A DNA stretch of 64,000 nt from Pocillopora damicornis (Eukaryota), in assembly GCF_003704095.1 (NCBI RefSeq), contig NW_020845500.1:1-64000 (forward strand). Direction: 5' to 3'. The position numbers and the translations under genes are program-made. Below the pieces are notes generated by a model. The model had not been told where the DNA came from and did not search any database. It saw nothing but the letters and a program-made list of their open reading frames with translations. This document shows, piece after piece, positions 37,401-52,400 of the stretch; the stretch's first letter is position 1; each line of letters starts with the position of its first letter.

Positions 37401-40400
37401 TCCGCTATGGACAATGACTCCTACTAGCTCGTACTGAATCTCAGGTGCATTAACAGATACGGTGGAGTGAAGCGAAGACGACGATGCAGACATGTGTAGA
37501 TCTGTTATACTTCCATTTTCACTGTCTGTATCTGCCTGAAAGTTTGTTGTGGACTCTCGTCTTGATACTCCATCCGTTGTGTATGGCTCCATGTTCAAAA
37601 CCCAAGGAAACTGGTAAAAAAAATGGAAGTTACTTTTAACTTGTGTTCCTTGTGGAAAAGGGCTGCAGCCAATGAGCACTCGCACCCTGCATTGCTGTTT
37701 TTCTTTTGTTGTTGTTGTTGTTTTTTTTCTTTATGGGAGTTTCGAACGGCTGAGCCGCGAGAGAAATATGAAAGAAATAATTTAAAAAATCTGCTTAAAT
37801 TCAAGGGGTTTTGAGTTTACCCGCACACCTGAAATGTATAACTCTGTTTGGCTGTCTGAGAACGCTTATCGATCCACTTTACGCTCCTTGATCTTGTTTA
37901 CCTCCCAAGAGTGACGTGGAGGATAAAGAGTTAAAAAGAAAAACCAATCAAGTTCCAAGTAATGGTTTTTCCTCTGGTGGCTTCCTTTCTCTTTTGCGGG
38001 GCTCTGCCACTTCACCAAGCGCCCCCCGGACGAAGAAAACAAACGCTGGCTGGAACACCCATTCCATAGTGCAATTATATACTGACGTGGTGTACATTAC
38101 CTCAAAATGATCGTCAAACTTGAGTGCTCTACCAGCCTCCCAGTCGTAACCAAACCTCTTCAGTTGAATAACAAGGACCGGGGGGAGGCTCTTAATACAC
38201 ATGCGCTTTACGGTAGTTCGCTGAAATGGAAATATTTGCGAGAATACAATGAAAACCAACACAAATGCACACAAAGTGTTTGTAGATGAACCAAAATGCC
38301 AGCTAATTGACTTATTCTTGGCATATCTTGCGGTCATCTGTGATCTATTACTAAACAGACGCAGATAACAAAATAATACATCATAAAACACATATTTTAA
38401 GAGCAAACCTCCATCTCTTAGGGGGGTCCTTTTGAAGAAAAAAAGTACACCAAAAATTTATAAAATAAAACTAGGCTAAGACAAATTAGTAAAACTAATG
38501 AACCTTTTTTTTTTAAGTCTTCATTAAAATTGCGCACTTAGACTCCTATAACTAAGATAAATCGCGTAAAAATGTGGTTAAGTTTCTATTAAAACTCGAG
38601 CAAGGCATCCACATGTTTTACACTCAATACAAATAATACATGCATAGTTACTCTTTCATTGCACTTTTCGCAGAAGTAAGCATTGTCCCCTTCAAGTATC
38701 TCGCCATTTACAAACTGTTCTAGGGAGTCTTCCAATTTGTGGTTCTTGACAGTCACTTGCAGAGAATGGAAAGCTTCTTCTCTTTCATACCTGTCGCCAA
38801 GGAAAGTCACTCATTTACCACCAGATTACCACTTGACATATAATGAATGAAAGTCACTACAGAGCCAAGACTATTACCGGATCCGCTTGAACAATTTAAC
38901 CGGCCATATCATGGTAAACAACTTCTGATTTCATTTAATTCAATTGTGCCAATCAGTGCTTGGAACTTTAGCAAGCACAGGATTCATGTTTTCCGTTTCT
39001 GATAATCAGATTGGTCAGTGTTGTGTGAAAGATCTCGGTTATGAGTCACATGGTAATCTCAGAAAATTTGACCAACCTCTAAATTATTTGCGAGTAATTG
39101 ACTAACAACACGGAGAGAAAATAATAGATTGATCTCTCACCTGTGATTACATTCTTTACAGATTTTCTGGTCAGCAAACATACCACAAAATGTTTTTTTG
39201 AATAACTGCTCTTGTCCTTTTTGCTGAAGATAAAAAAACACTACAGGTTATTCCCTGAATAACAAACAAACTAGACATGATTTCAGATCTTTATTCAGCT
39301 TGAGAAAGATCTTTGTCTCCATATAATCATTTCAAATAAATATCAGATGGTTTCTTTACAGAATTAAAGCATTTCTGTTCTTGTCTTGGCGATTTCTTTA
39401 GCTCGTATGTTCGTTGCTCATTCAAAATAAGGGATATTTTTTCACTTACTTTCTTAAGAAAAAAAAATTATTACCAATCAAAGAGGAAACGAAAAACAAC
39501 TTACCTTAAGGATTTCATCGAGCTGATCCGTTAGGTTACTAAAGAACTCAAAAGCATCCTGCCAAAAAAAAAACGAAACAAAAAAAAAACAAAACAACAC
39601 AAAACAAAAAAAGAGCATACAATTCATTAGCCACGAATGAAAAGAAACGCTGCCACTGTTGACTTTCGCTCAATGGCGATTGAATCATACGCCAGTAAGC
39701 ATTCATCGAGATACGAAGCACGTGGGAAGATTAGAGCGCACCAAAGGATGCGTCAGAGTTGCTCGCCGAGAACAACTTTTATTAACTTCTTGAATGCTCC
39801 CCTGACTTTTTAGGCGCCTCACATCTTGATGTACGCATAGCTTTCTCACATTTTTAACGTTGGAATGATTTTGAAGCCTTTGCACCCTTACATCAGAGTG
39901 AAAAATCTTTCCATTTCACATTCCCTTCGATGCTGACAAAGACAGTTTGTTTAACAATAAAGAGCTTTCTTGGCTGATGATCATTTCCTTTATTCTCGTG
40001 ACCTTCATGTGCGATTCAGGGGTGATATTGTAAGAAGAAGAAATTAGATGCCAGTCACTCTTAGGGGTCAAAAGAACTTCGTCTGTCAAGGTTCAATGGA
40101 TACACAGATCACCTGCCTAAACAGTAGGGGTACAAAACACTCTCCCACGATTTAAAATACCTCCACAACTTCCTAGCCATGGTTATCAACTGAAATAAAT
40201 AACTCATTTCACCCACCTGTTGTTCACGAACATTGACTGGTTGGCCCCATAGCTTGAAACATTTCCAAAATTGCTCAGGGGCAAAGAACTGTAACTTGCT
40301 GTCCATCAAGTGGCCAAATAGCGATTGAACTTGGAAAAAGACGCTGCGAATAGCGCATAGAATGAACAGACAAGAAAGTCTACTTAAGGTTACAAAAACA

Positions 40401-43400
40401 TTACCACATCAGGTAAAGAAATTGATTTACCGGAACAAGCGTGTGTCTACAATTTATTCACTAATTTGCGCAACTTTTGTGTCAAATTAGAGAATGGGAA
40501 CGGCAATGGTATGAAATAGTTGAAAAGCATTTTCTCATTGTATAAAATAAAATATCCCACCTGTAACAAGCATTTTCTTGGTTAAAAAATTCAATTGAAC
40601 GCTCGCGTGTATACAGAGGACGTACCTGTGACTCGTGGGATATTCCATACTACAAGAAAGTGCCATTTCTAAATAAATTCTGGCACTTGAGAACTTGGAA
40701 AATGGGATACTGAAAGCGTTTTATGATCGGAATTTATAAAATACGCTGATATAAGACACTAATGTTGGAACATTTTAAGCTCATCACACTTATGCACGAT
40801 ACTGTGGGGATATTGTTGGTGTGAGAAACTGCAAAGACATCTATGTTTAAAACAACAATGTGCACATATTTTGCTTAATACACTCCGCAGTAGCATACTA
40901 AACACCGATTAAGCTTCGTAAAGTTACAAGAATGTCATACCTTTCTTTATCTGGATGAAAATCATCAAATGACAAAATTGCCTATCGTAAGAGAAAGAAA
41001 TAGAAATTCCGTCTATAGAACTTGCATATGTTATCGTTGAATACCCAGGAAGTAATTGTATGCCACTGTCTTGTCAACACTCGACGCAAAAACTACCACC
41101 TTGTTCCGTCCAAAAGTACCCGAAATACTCAGCTGTTCAAAGCCCCTTAGGTGGTTCTATCACCACAATTACCAAATTCTAATTGATAAACTACGAGGTT
41201 TAACATCGCATTAACTCTGTTCAACACACGACGAAACAGTGTTGTCACCAACAACTTTACTCAAGCTAACAAATGACTCACAATAATCACAAAGAAATCA
41301 AACTAAAAAATTCATGTACATATCGTTTTCTGTGACGTGAACAGACCCACCTCTCTTAGTCCTGGTTGCATGTACAACTGTTGAAGAACAGAGTTCATAT
41401 AGCATGTTGCTCCCGCATTCTTAAGACCAACAAATCCACACTGAGCCCGTGGGGCAACTGGAGGCTGGAACTAAAACAGTACAAGTGTATTGCTGTTAGC
41501 TGCATTCGTAAGACTAAACGTAAAATAAGGATTATCAATTCATAAGGGCTCTTCAGGAAATTTTTTTTTCCCTATATTATGCCGCAAATGCCCCGGCCAG
41601 GTTTTCACCTTCCAGCAGGTTCCGCAAATTTCCCCCCTCTTCTCAATGTAGCTTTGATTGAGGGCATGATTTGCACTGGCGTAAAGGTTTTCGGCCTATT
41701 TAGATGTATATATTTTTTGTCATGAGTATAGTAACGATTACAACTCATTATGATCAAATATTCGATATTCAGCGTCTTAAAACAGGATTTACAACCATTA
41801 AAGAAGACAGGTTTTCGTTTCAACCCTTTATCTAAGAGTGATAAGCATCTAATTTCTCCCACCGCATCAGCCCTGAATTAAACATTATGGTAGTGAGAAT
41901 TGAGGAAATGATCCTAAACTCAAGAACCTCTTGATCGTTAGACAATTCTCCTTGTAAGTACCACAGGAAACGTGAGAGAACAGTAAGGAGAATATGCATG
42001 GTGATGTTAGGGTGTAAAGGGTTAATAAAACGGTAGCATGTTCGTTGCTGGGATATCAACAAAATGAACTCAAAGTGTACCAACTTTTTATCTCCTATTC
42101 AAGCATTTAAAAAGAAATTCTGGAGATAAATGACTTTAGATAACAGGCCTAGACAAACACCACAAAATATTGATGAACGTACCTCCCACTCTTTAAGAGT
42201 ACCAGGATCTCCAATATGATGCATACTAATTAATTGTGACACAATGTAAACCAGATTTTCAGCGCAGCCAGTGGCCAGTTCCACCAACAGCTCATGCGCA
42301 GCTACTTGACACTCTCTGGCCACACATCTGAAACAACAACAAAAAACTATCAAATATGATGGCAAAATAAAAAGATAGAACCGAGAGGACTACAATGAGA
42401 TAAGATTAGATATTTTTAAATTCAATTTTTGGCAGTTATAATTAACAATTGGTTCATATGTCAGCGTGCGTTCATCGAGCTATGAAGCACGCGGGAAGTT
42501 NNNNNNNNNNNNNNNNNNNNNNNNNNNNNNNNNNNNNNNNNNNNNNNNNNNNNNNNNNNNNNNNNNNNNNNNNNNNNNNNNNNNNNNNNNNNNNNNNNNN
42601 NNNNNNNNNNNNNNNNNNNNNNNNNNNNNNNNNNNNNNNNNNNNNNNNNNNNNNNNNNNNNNNNNNNNNNNNNNNNNNNNNNNNNNNNNNNNNNNNNNNN
42701 NNNNNNNNNNNNNNNNNNNNNNNNNNNNNNNNNNNNNNNNNNNNNNNNNNNGCAAGCTGCCTGATATACAATATCAACTTGGAAAAAAATTGCATTTGTC
42801 TCGTGCTCTACCACTCAGAGCTACAGAGAACTCTATGGTCAACTTCTGAGCGAAAGCTCTCAATACTGAAGATCCTGAAGCTCTATTCCAGAGATGGAAA
42901 GCTCAGATACTATGGTAAGAAGTATGGACGTCTCCGATAGTCAACAAAACCCTTGCTAATAAGATCCGCATGTCGATATTTACACTGCGGCACAACTTGT
43001 CTACAAGGCTAAGTTTAGAGCACATTTTAACCAAGGCTTGTAAAACCAGAAAAAAAAGTTTATCATAGTAGCTAATCAGAATACAAGTTGAAATCACAAA
43101 GAGCCAATTGGAACTCAAAAAGTTCACATTCGAGTTCACTGCATCAAGCGCGAAAAGTCGAGAATAGTTTTGGTCTTGGATCTAGCTGAAAGAATTTTTC
43201 TAAGTAAATCAAAGCCACGATGCAATACCGATATTGCAGGGTTCTTCCCTCTTCCCTTCTTTTCGACTACAAAGACCTTTCAAGGCACCGGAAGTGTATT
43301 CCAATGTGCCAAGTTAATATTGATCTCAACTTACTTAGGATGGACATCAATAACAGTCTCTTTAGACGGTGTACTCCTCGTATCGAAAATTAACTTCGAA

Positions 43401-46400
43401 GCAGGAAAGAGAAAGTCATCTAAGAGGTCTTTTATCAACTTCTCTCCTACAGGAAAGAAAAGAAAATTGTGAATTGTTGCCGAATCCCATTTATATTTGT
43501 GGAAATAGTAGTGAAGATGTTGTAATCTGTTATGAGCACTCTCACTTACCCAAACCCTTTTTATCCACCCCTTCACAAGTGAAGAGAGTTTTAATTAATT
43601 TCAAATGTCCAGCTAGTAGTGGAAAGCTGTTTTCTGTGAATAAATATAAATTAAATCATCAAAATATGCTACATTTCCAATGCTTGCTCTGATATTGGTA
43701 TAGTAATCTGCATGTCTCGATTGATGGGCACTAGTGATCGTTTGAAGCTTTTCGCCTTTACGCTGCATTAGTCGCGATTGGAACTTGGATATCTTTCAAA
43801 ACCTCACGAGTGATCAGACATAACAAAATACACCAGCAGTCCATGTGAATTGCCTTCACTTAAGACTCAAGGCGATCACAGACTACTATGCAAACTTGAA
43901 ATACGTTTCAACAGTCCTAAGTGTCTTCTTTCATTTGACAAAGCGAAATAATCACACCAGCCAATCAGGACAGAGGAAAAACATCACGATCTACTGAAAT
44001 CGCAAAGTAAAAACAAGCAAACTGTTTGAAATGCGGAAAAACGCGGGCGACCAAGTCGCCATTGGCTTCAGTTTTGAGAAAGTGTCGCGAATTTTCCAAA
44101 CAAACCAAAGAGCGAACACTCTCAAACCCTGACGGGCAAACACTTGAAATGAAATAGAAACAAACCATTACGTAGCTTCATGACTCATTAGGTGACTTGT
44201 TTCAACAAAGTATAAATTTTTCAAGAGTAACTTAAACAAATGTAAGAATACCTAAATTAGTTCCGCATTCAAAATTCAGAAGCCATTGTATTTCAGTGTC
44301 GATCATCTTGGTTGGATCAATTTTCATCTGTCTCTGCTCTGTCACTGAAACAAAAGTGGATTGTTTTGATTCAACAGTAGGGATTTTACATGTCTGACAT
44401 ACGGGTTACTTTCTCACCAAATTTTGCCTCTTAGAAGAAGAAAGAAATCAGTTTTCATCGATAATTGTTTACGGTGATGAAGTGAGCGTCATACACCCGC
44501 TCAAACAACAACAACAAAAGGACATCAGTGGGTTTAAACCTATGACCCTGCACTCTTAATGCAAAGTCTATTCCTCACCTGTCAAGTAGTCTAACAGTCG
44601 ACAGAGGAGATCAAAGAATTGACTGCAATGACGTTGCAATCTAAAAGTTTAAGAAAAATGGAAAATACCTTCATTTAACAATCGTTTTCACGTTATTTTG
44701 GCACCATATTCTCTACTGGGGGACGCGCATCAAGAAATTCTATCATTTGGAAAGAGTGCGAACACTGTTCATAACTGGGATGTTATTTTGTGCAGCAGGA
44801 TTCTGGTTTTTCTTCTCCAGGTAACAACTTAATACAACGGAAACCCTGCCCATTTTCAAGTAACGTGACTTCCCTTGGGTAGAGGGGTGGGGTAAATCCA
44901 CGCACTCAACCCTTCCGATTAGTGTCCCATTTGCTAGCAGAGGAAGGATTCACCTTGCCCCTCATCTTGTTGAAGTTGCCCCTACCCCGTTTGAAATAAT
45001 CTTAATTTGAATTAATTGTATCTTTGCCAAAAGGTGACTAGCAAGAGAACTGTACCTGTAGTTTTTTCCTCTGACATGAACTGTAGGTGTCCATAATGGG
45101 AGGGGAGCATTAAGCATCACACTCAAAAGGAAGTGATTTGGTGTCTGAAGTTTGATATCTTAAAAAGCCACAAAGACGTGATTTCAGACATATGATGAAA
45201 AGCACAAGAATAACACAAATAAAACGTAGCTGTTGTTACTGCTTATGTCTCTACCATAAATAACGCTATCCGGCGGAGAAATGTTAACAGAACCTGCCGC
45301 GCTATGTACCGGATGGCGCTATCCATCTTTCGAACAACCGGAGCCAGGTGAAAACACATTAAATGTACACAATATACAGTAGTTACCATTTATTATAAAA
45401 TAATTCAAATAGTACGCGCGCTCTGATTGGCCATAAAACCATTTTACATGAGAGTATGTAAACACGGTTTTCCGCGGCGTTCCTCGTTCATTAGTTATTT
45501 TATAAAAGAAATGTCGCTTCGCGTCGTGGTTTCCTACGCTTATCTCGTGTTCTCCCAACCTTCCGCGTGTTTACATCAGGCTATGTAAACACGGAAACCA
45601 TTTTACATTTCTTCATTATTATTGTTGTTATAATTATTTTTTATGTTGTATGATCGAATTTAAAAAGACAATATTGTGTTCGCGTACATACCTCCAACAG
45701 GAGTTTGACTCAGAATTAAAAGTTGTTCAAGTGCCGTGGACCGCACCTAAAGAGGAGACAACATAATTGTATCATTTGTGGCTAAGCGGCAAACGGAAAA
45801 GGAATGAATGAGTTGCCAATAATCGGATCTTTGTGTTTGTGCAAAGATTTCTGGGATTGACAGAAGGCAAACATTGCAAGTTCCATTTCTGATAAAACAG
45901 CGACTAAAAAATGTTGATCTCTCCCCAAATTTTTTTCCCCTTGCAGCGTCAAAACAACCTTTCGCCATGTATTTCCCTATGACATCCTGCATTACCTTAA
46001 AAAACAACGGTGTAGAAATGATAACTGTTACTTAACTAAAACGTTTATCTATTAAACAATCAATTTGTTCTTTGGTGGAGAGTTAGTGTCAACACCTAAA
46101 TGATAAATGTATACCTGAGAATTGATGGAGCCTATTAGAACTTCCACAATGAAGTCATTTACATTTGGGAGATAGTAAAACACTCCTAGAAGAAAAAAGC
46201 TTAGCTTGAGTGTTGGATGTTTAAATTTCTGTCAGCAATACAAAGTGTTCGGTAGTGCTGTTTTCTGCCAGAAATATGTCTTACCCATTAATTGCGTTCT
46301 CAGTTGCAAACAAAGAACCAGAAGCTGGAGGGCTTCGCCGACAATTACTACATCCTGAGGATACAAAGCAAAAAAAAAAAAACATTTTCATGTGCGAGAC

Positions 46401-49400
46401 TACATCCACTGCTATTGTAGACAAGTGACAGAAACTGAAAAATCTTCTTCTAGTGGCGGTTTAGTTTTGGTGGTCTGTCACTGTTTTTAAGCGGGAATCA
46501 ATGGAAAGAAAGCAGCTCACAAAAAGCTCTGAATAAAAGGTTATGGTTAATCGCCAAATCAACTGGCCATTTCTACATTAATAATGGAATTTCAAGGCAA
46601 TTCATAAAGGTTGCAGTATGATAAGTTGGTTAATTCTTGGAAGACAGATACGTGCGAGACGTCAACATTTGATTTTAACACAAACAGATTCCATGTTGCT
46701 GCGATGTTCTTACCACATCTTGACGTCTTCTATATTCTTTTACTGTACAAACACACAACCACATGGAATTTAATTGTCAAGCAGACAAAGCGTGTTTTGC
46801 TTTTAGCTTGAGTGTTGGTTTTTTTGTTGTTGCTATTTTACAGCACAAGTGTATGTAATAATAATGATGACGATGAAATTAGGGGCCTAGTTAAGCATTT
46901 GTGCTGTTCTGTTTTATCGTCTTATTGTTTTATTTTTTTATTTTATTAATTTTAATTTACAACCCGTTCTACAAAATCAAGTCAGTCAAGAACGCACCGT
47001 GTTAGGAGATAACAGGTACTAGATGGGGCCATAAAAATAGATGGTAATTTAAAAAAAACTCAAGGTGCACGCAACCAGCAATAAATCACTGACAAACCTT
47101 GTTTGTAACCTCAGAGGGGCTCCCGCTGGAAACACTGGATCTGAAGGATTTCACAGACTCAGAATCACTACCCCCTCCTCCCATACTACTTCCTTCATCA
47201 TCGGAACTCTGACTGGATAACCTCTGCCTACCCCCAGCCAGGTTTATTCTGCCAGCAGCTGCAGCCCATGCCACACGCATGAAGCATGCAATTGTTTCTG
47301 CAAAATCATCACGACCCATTGTCTGAGATGAAAGAGGACAAAATTATTATTTCACGATAACAAGACATTACAGACTTTTCAATCATTTCACCTCGATTTA
47401 TCAGCTCACAAAATAAGGAAAAGCACTTTGAACTAAGTAAGATGTGACCTAATCACTTCTTTCTTGTGAGCGATTGTAATATTTAAGTTTTCAAAAGTAT
47501 TTCAAACGTCACACTGATTTTGATGCAAGTAATTATTTAGGTAAGTAAATAAATTGTGTTAAAGCAGTTTGTTTTGCGCGAGAAATGTATATCGGCCAGT
47601 GTGAGTAAATAAGCTACTTATACGTGCATGTCAGGTATCACTGTTAGAAGTCTAAGTTATGCTACTACTATTCATGATATAAGTCATGGTACCCTTGGTA
47701 GTTATGCTTAGTAACGTTATTTCTGTAATTTTTTAGTACTCTACAAATAAATAATAGAATTAAGAAAAGAATTAAAAGTAAGATGTGGCCTAGGGTAACC
47801 GTTAAAATTCCCTTCCTGCACTGCAATACTAGCTTTTACGTCTGGCCCTTTAACGTACCTCAATAGCAACTCTAACAGAAGGATGTACATCATCGATCAC
47901 GCTACTAGAGCGTGCTCTTTTTGCTTCCACTGCCGAATTGTTTAGACTATCATTTAAATCTGTTTCCATGGTGCCTGTTGCCATGGCAATTGGTGAGGAT
48001 GCAATAGTTGCATGCTCCCTGTGTGGTGGAGAGGGTGGTGCTGTAAAAGAGTTTTCTGAGGATTGTCCACATAGCAAAAACCTTCAAGACAAAACAATTA
48101 GAATGCAATTTCACAATAAGGACTGTAAAAAACATTACATCCCCAGGATGTTAGATTCAAGAGAATGATGAAAATATAACCAATTAACTACCAAAACAAT
48201 TTCTTTGAAAGGAACCTCCACTCTTAAAGCAAATATTGCTAAAAAAAAAAGCTTTAAATGTATCAAACACGAGATTTTGGTACTTAGAATTATTTCTCTG
48301 ACCTTGTAAATTTTTTTCGGCCTTAAAAACCGGCCATTTAACTTCCCGCCATCTTGTCAGGTGCGCAAGGCACTTAAGGTAAATGACGTGTAATGGTAGC
48401 GGGGTCTCTGTCCAGTCATTCTCCTGTTAACAAAGCTATCCGTACTTCCATTAGGTTTGATTCATGGAAGCAATGGTCCTCGAAATGTTCCGAACACAGA
48501 CGCGAATCTTTTGGAAGATATGTCCTTCCTATAGCAAGACTCCATGCACGTCGTAAACTGTTGTCTTTTCGGAAGCTAGAAAAGAGGAAGCTTGGTATCC
48601 TGCTTGGTTTCTGACTGATTACTGCACTCAAAAGCTACGCAATGAGCCGTTTTGCTGGGAAAAACCCCAAATACGAAACAACGGAACAACCATTACACGT
48701 CCTCACTCCAAAACTGATTGGCCGATTTTGAAGGCCGAAAAAAAATTAACACGGTTAGAGAAATAATTTTAAGAGCCAAATATCTTGTGTTTGATACGTT
48801 TACAGCCTTTTCGGAACTATTCGCTTTAAGACTTGGGTTCCCTTTAAACATAATGCCGGAAAGACTAACAACCACATGTAACCATTAACAACAACGCAGA
48901 CAAAAAGTAAAAACAAGGTAGACAAAAATACGACAAAGTGGCCAAAAAGGTAATTTTTTTACAGACCTTGCTAATTGTAGACAAATTGCGTAGCAACCTC
49001 TGCGAATCTCAGTATCAACATCTTGAGGAAACATGTCCTTCTGGAGGATATTCACCACAACACTGTTTCATAAAGTCGACAAATAAAAGAAGAAAAAACC
49101 ACAATTACGTTCGAAGTAATTATTTGCATGAATCCTTTCCACACTACTAACATCAGTCGACATATTCTCCATTCTATTCTCTATGCAGACAGAGAGTTTT
49201 TTTAATTTTTAACAATCGGGAATTTCCTAAGTTGGTGATCATTTCCATTATTCTTGTGACCTTAACGTTTGATTCAGGGGAGATTTTGTAAGGAGAAATT
49301 AGATGCTGGTCATTCTTAGGGTCAAAGGGTTTATCAGCTAGTATACGCTGATATGGATCATGACGTTTAGACTGCACACTGCTGGTCTTATTCAGACAAT

Positions 49401-52400
49401 GACGTCTACTGGTCATGCTTTACTTAACGAACATTTTCTCTGTGTAATAAAGCCAACATAACTATGTGCAACGCCTCAGTTGGAGGAATTTTACCCTAGC
49501 ATCTGTGGTCGGACAAAACCACCAAAAATAAAAAAAAATTTAAAAAGTAATATCCTTTGGAAGGCACTCGAACACAACGTTTTTTACTTTCTTCAGTCTC
49601 GCTACTCATTATACTTTATCGGATCGGAAGATATTTAGCACACACTAAATTGAATATGAATGAACTCTTATGTAAGTCCTCAGTACAATGTAAATATGCT
49701 TGGAAAATAATTCTCTCGTCTTCCCACTACGCAATTAATAGTCATCGTGTTCGCTTCTAAGGTGACTTTTCAGTCTTTTCAACAACCTGGCTGTTTAGGA
49801 GATATCTCATCTATGATAAAGCCACCACAAAACAGTCAAGTTTCAGGAATAAAACAATACCTTAGTCCCCCGGCTGCTAAAAAGTTCTCTTTGAACATCC
49901 TTGCATTGGCACCTCCATCTCTGTTTTGTGTCGGCATCAACTTGCTACTTAGGACCTAAAATTTGTCAAAGAGAACACTAAGATACTGCCGTGAGTTCCA
50001 ATTTGCTTTCCAGCCCTGTCAGTTTGTTTTTTTAAACACTGTGACCTCATGTGAGTTGATAACCATTGTAGACTCATTTTCTTTTTCAATACTGTAGCAA
50101 TACATAATCAAGTACCTCAAGGTTATAGAGTATTCTGAATGGAGACATGCCGGGCATCACACACTTGAACATGTTTTGCAAATTTGTCATTGACAACATT
50201 CTGTCATCTGTACCTCCAGGAGAGCAGCTGATGTTATACTGTAAATCAAAGAGTTTTAATACGTAGTTGTATGGTGTATATAACAAACAAAAGATCACAC
50301 CCTGTTAGCTGTACAAGTAAGTGTTAAACAACCCGAAGGGGAAATGACCTCTCATCACAATCCTTCTGAATGCGAATAATTAATTCAGACGAACTGTTTC
50401 TAATGATCTACGTAACAAAATATGTTTCCCCAGACAATCAATATCAAGTGAATTTCTAGTTTGTGGTCATACAATGACAGACCGCAACATCTCTATACAA
50501 AAATTAAATTCGATGGCATGATTGAATTAAAAAGAATTGGTTGAAATCGTCGATTTGAATAATCTCTGGTATTTAATCAGGCCAGTACGGGATTTGAACC
50601 CATCACCAGCTCCCAGTTGGCTTGTTAGCTCAGTTGGTTGAGCGCTGCACCAGTATTGCAGAGGTCATGGGTTCAAATCCCGTCCAGGGCTGAATTTTTT
50701 TCAGGCCCTATTTTCAGTACTGCTCAAGAAGAGTTCGCTACTGCGATGATCGCTTTCAAATTAAATCGAGTTTGCAATGAATTCATTACCTGTTTTCCTA
50801 TGGAGTCCAAAGCTTCCTGTACATCAGGATCTGTTGGCAACAACATCAATAACCTCTGTACTCGCACAGTAATGCTGCGACAAGAAAAAAAAATTAAATT
50901 TAGCAACTGCTAAGATCTTTCAAACATGTGCGTTTCTGTCATTTTTGTGGCAATTAAGTACTGCACTTATTTTGAGGCAAGAGTTTACCTTAGTGATAAA
51001 GCATGTATGTACTTCACTGACTATTAATAACTATAATAATTTCGTCAACTGACCTCGTTAAATCAATATTACACAAACATGCCAACCAACCTCGGTTCTT
51101 CAAGCTCGGCCAGTTGATACAACTTGTCAAAAGCTTTACATTCAGTGGCCATGATAACACCTGGCATCATCCTCTCCTGAAGGCAAAGTCACATTTCTAA
51201 AGTCATATATCTATAGTATAAACCGACACGCGGCGTTTTCGATAAACGTCGGTACGAGTGCCACCTAAAAGCACTGTTGCCGCTGTCTGTTGAGCCTGTG
51301 AGCAGGCTCTTGTGTTTGGATTTCGCCTTACAAGCCCCTCTCAAGGCACACTTACCTATTACACCATCGGCAGCCACTTATGGACAAACTTATTTAAAAA
51401 AAACCCTTCTACACGTCTACCGCTGCATGTCAAAAAGTGGCCATAGGCAGAGGGTCTACACTAAAATGTTTCGTTCATTTAAACATGTATTCAGGTGTAC
51501 TCTTATTTTCAAACTCACCTGCTCCAAGGCATAGGTTTGCCGATTTGACCCACTTGCACTGGACTAAACACAAAACAAATCAGATCATAGAATCATGTTC
51601 ATAAGGTGTCCTAAGAACCAAATTTCATTTTTCTGTCACCTTCAAGTAAATGTGATGTATTATTGTTGTTAAGAGCTTCCAAGTATAGCTATAGCACTTT
51701 CACAAAACGAAACGATCATAAATGTACCTCATCGATCCGCATGGCCTCTTGACTCTGAAAAATAAGACAGAAGATCCAAATTCAAAAAACTATTTCAAAA
51801 TCAAAATCAGCAAGACAGTACTGACACAAAGAATGCTGGGAGACCTTTTCCAGCTTCGATTTTGGAAATAATTAAAGCTTAAGGCTTTACATCTATCCAA
51901 GATGATTTGATTTATCAACCGAGTTTCTTAAGTAAATTGACCACCTTTAAGAGTTTCTGACACTGACGTTTCAAGCGTTAGCCCTTCGATAGAGCGAATG
52001 TTGAGTATTCTCGTGGTCGTTTCAAAGGAAATACTGAGACAAGAGGTTTAAACCACACTTTGCTGCAATATTCCTTATCTCCTATTGCTGAGTCATTACC
52101 AAAAATAAAGTACGACATTGTCAGCAGGGAGTAGGGGTATTAGGAATAAAATCAGTAGGCCAATCCAGAAAAATGAAACCTTAGTGGCAGACAATCGACA
52201 ATTTTGTTTCAATTCATCCCATGCGCAACAAAATACAACCTTCAGACTCCATAGCACCAATAGAGCCATAAACTGACCTCAGCTTCTTCCTTGGTGGGCA
52301 CAGTGGTGACACCTGACACAGAAACTTTGGCAAATAGCAGTTGTTCATCTTCAAACTCCAGTTGATACAAAAGCTTCTGATCCTTAGATGGCAAAAGCTG

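Noticed and set aside
42449-42940. Several long ORFs in the track
   Set aside because: Artefacts of translating through the N gap.
50621-50693. Possible tRNA-Thr(AGT) gene
   Set aside because: The anticodon loop lacks U33, the acceptor stem is imperfect, and it is embedded in a multi-copy inverted repeat. Better explained as a tRNA-derived repeat.
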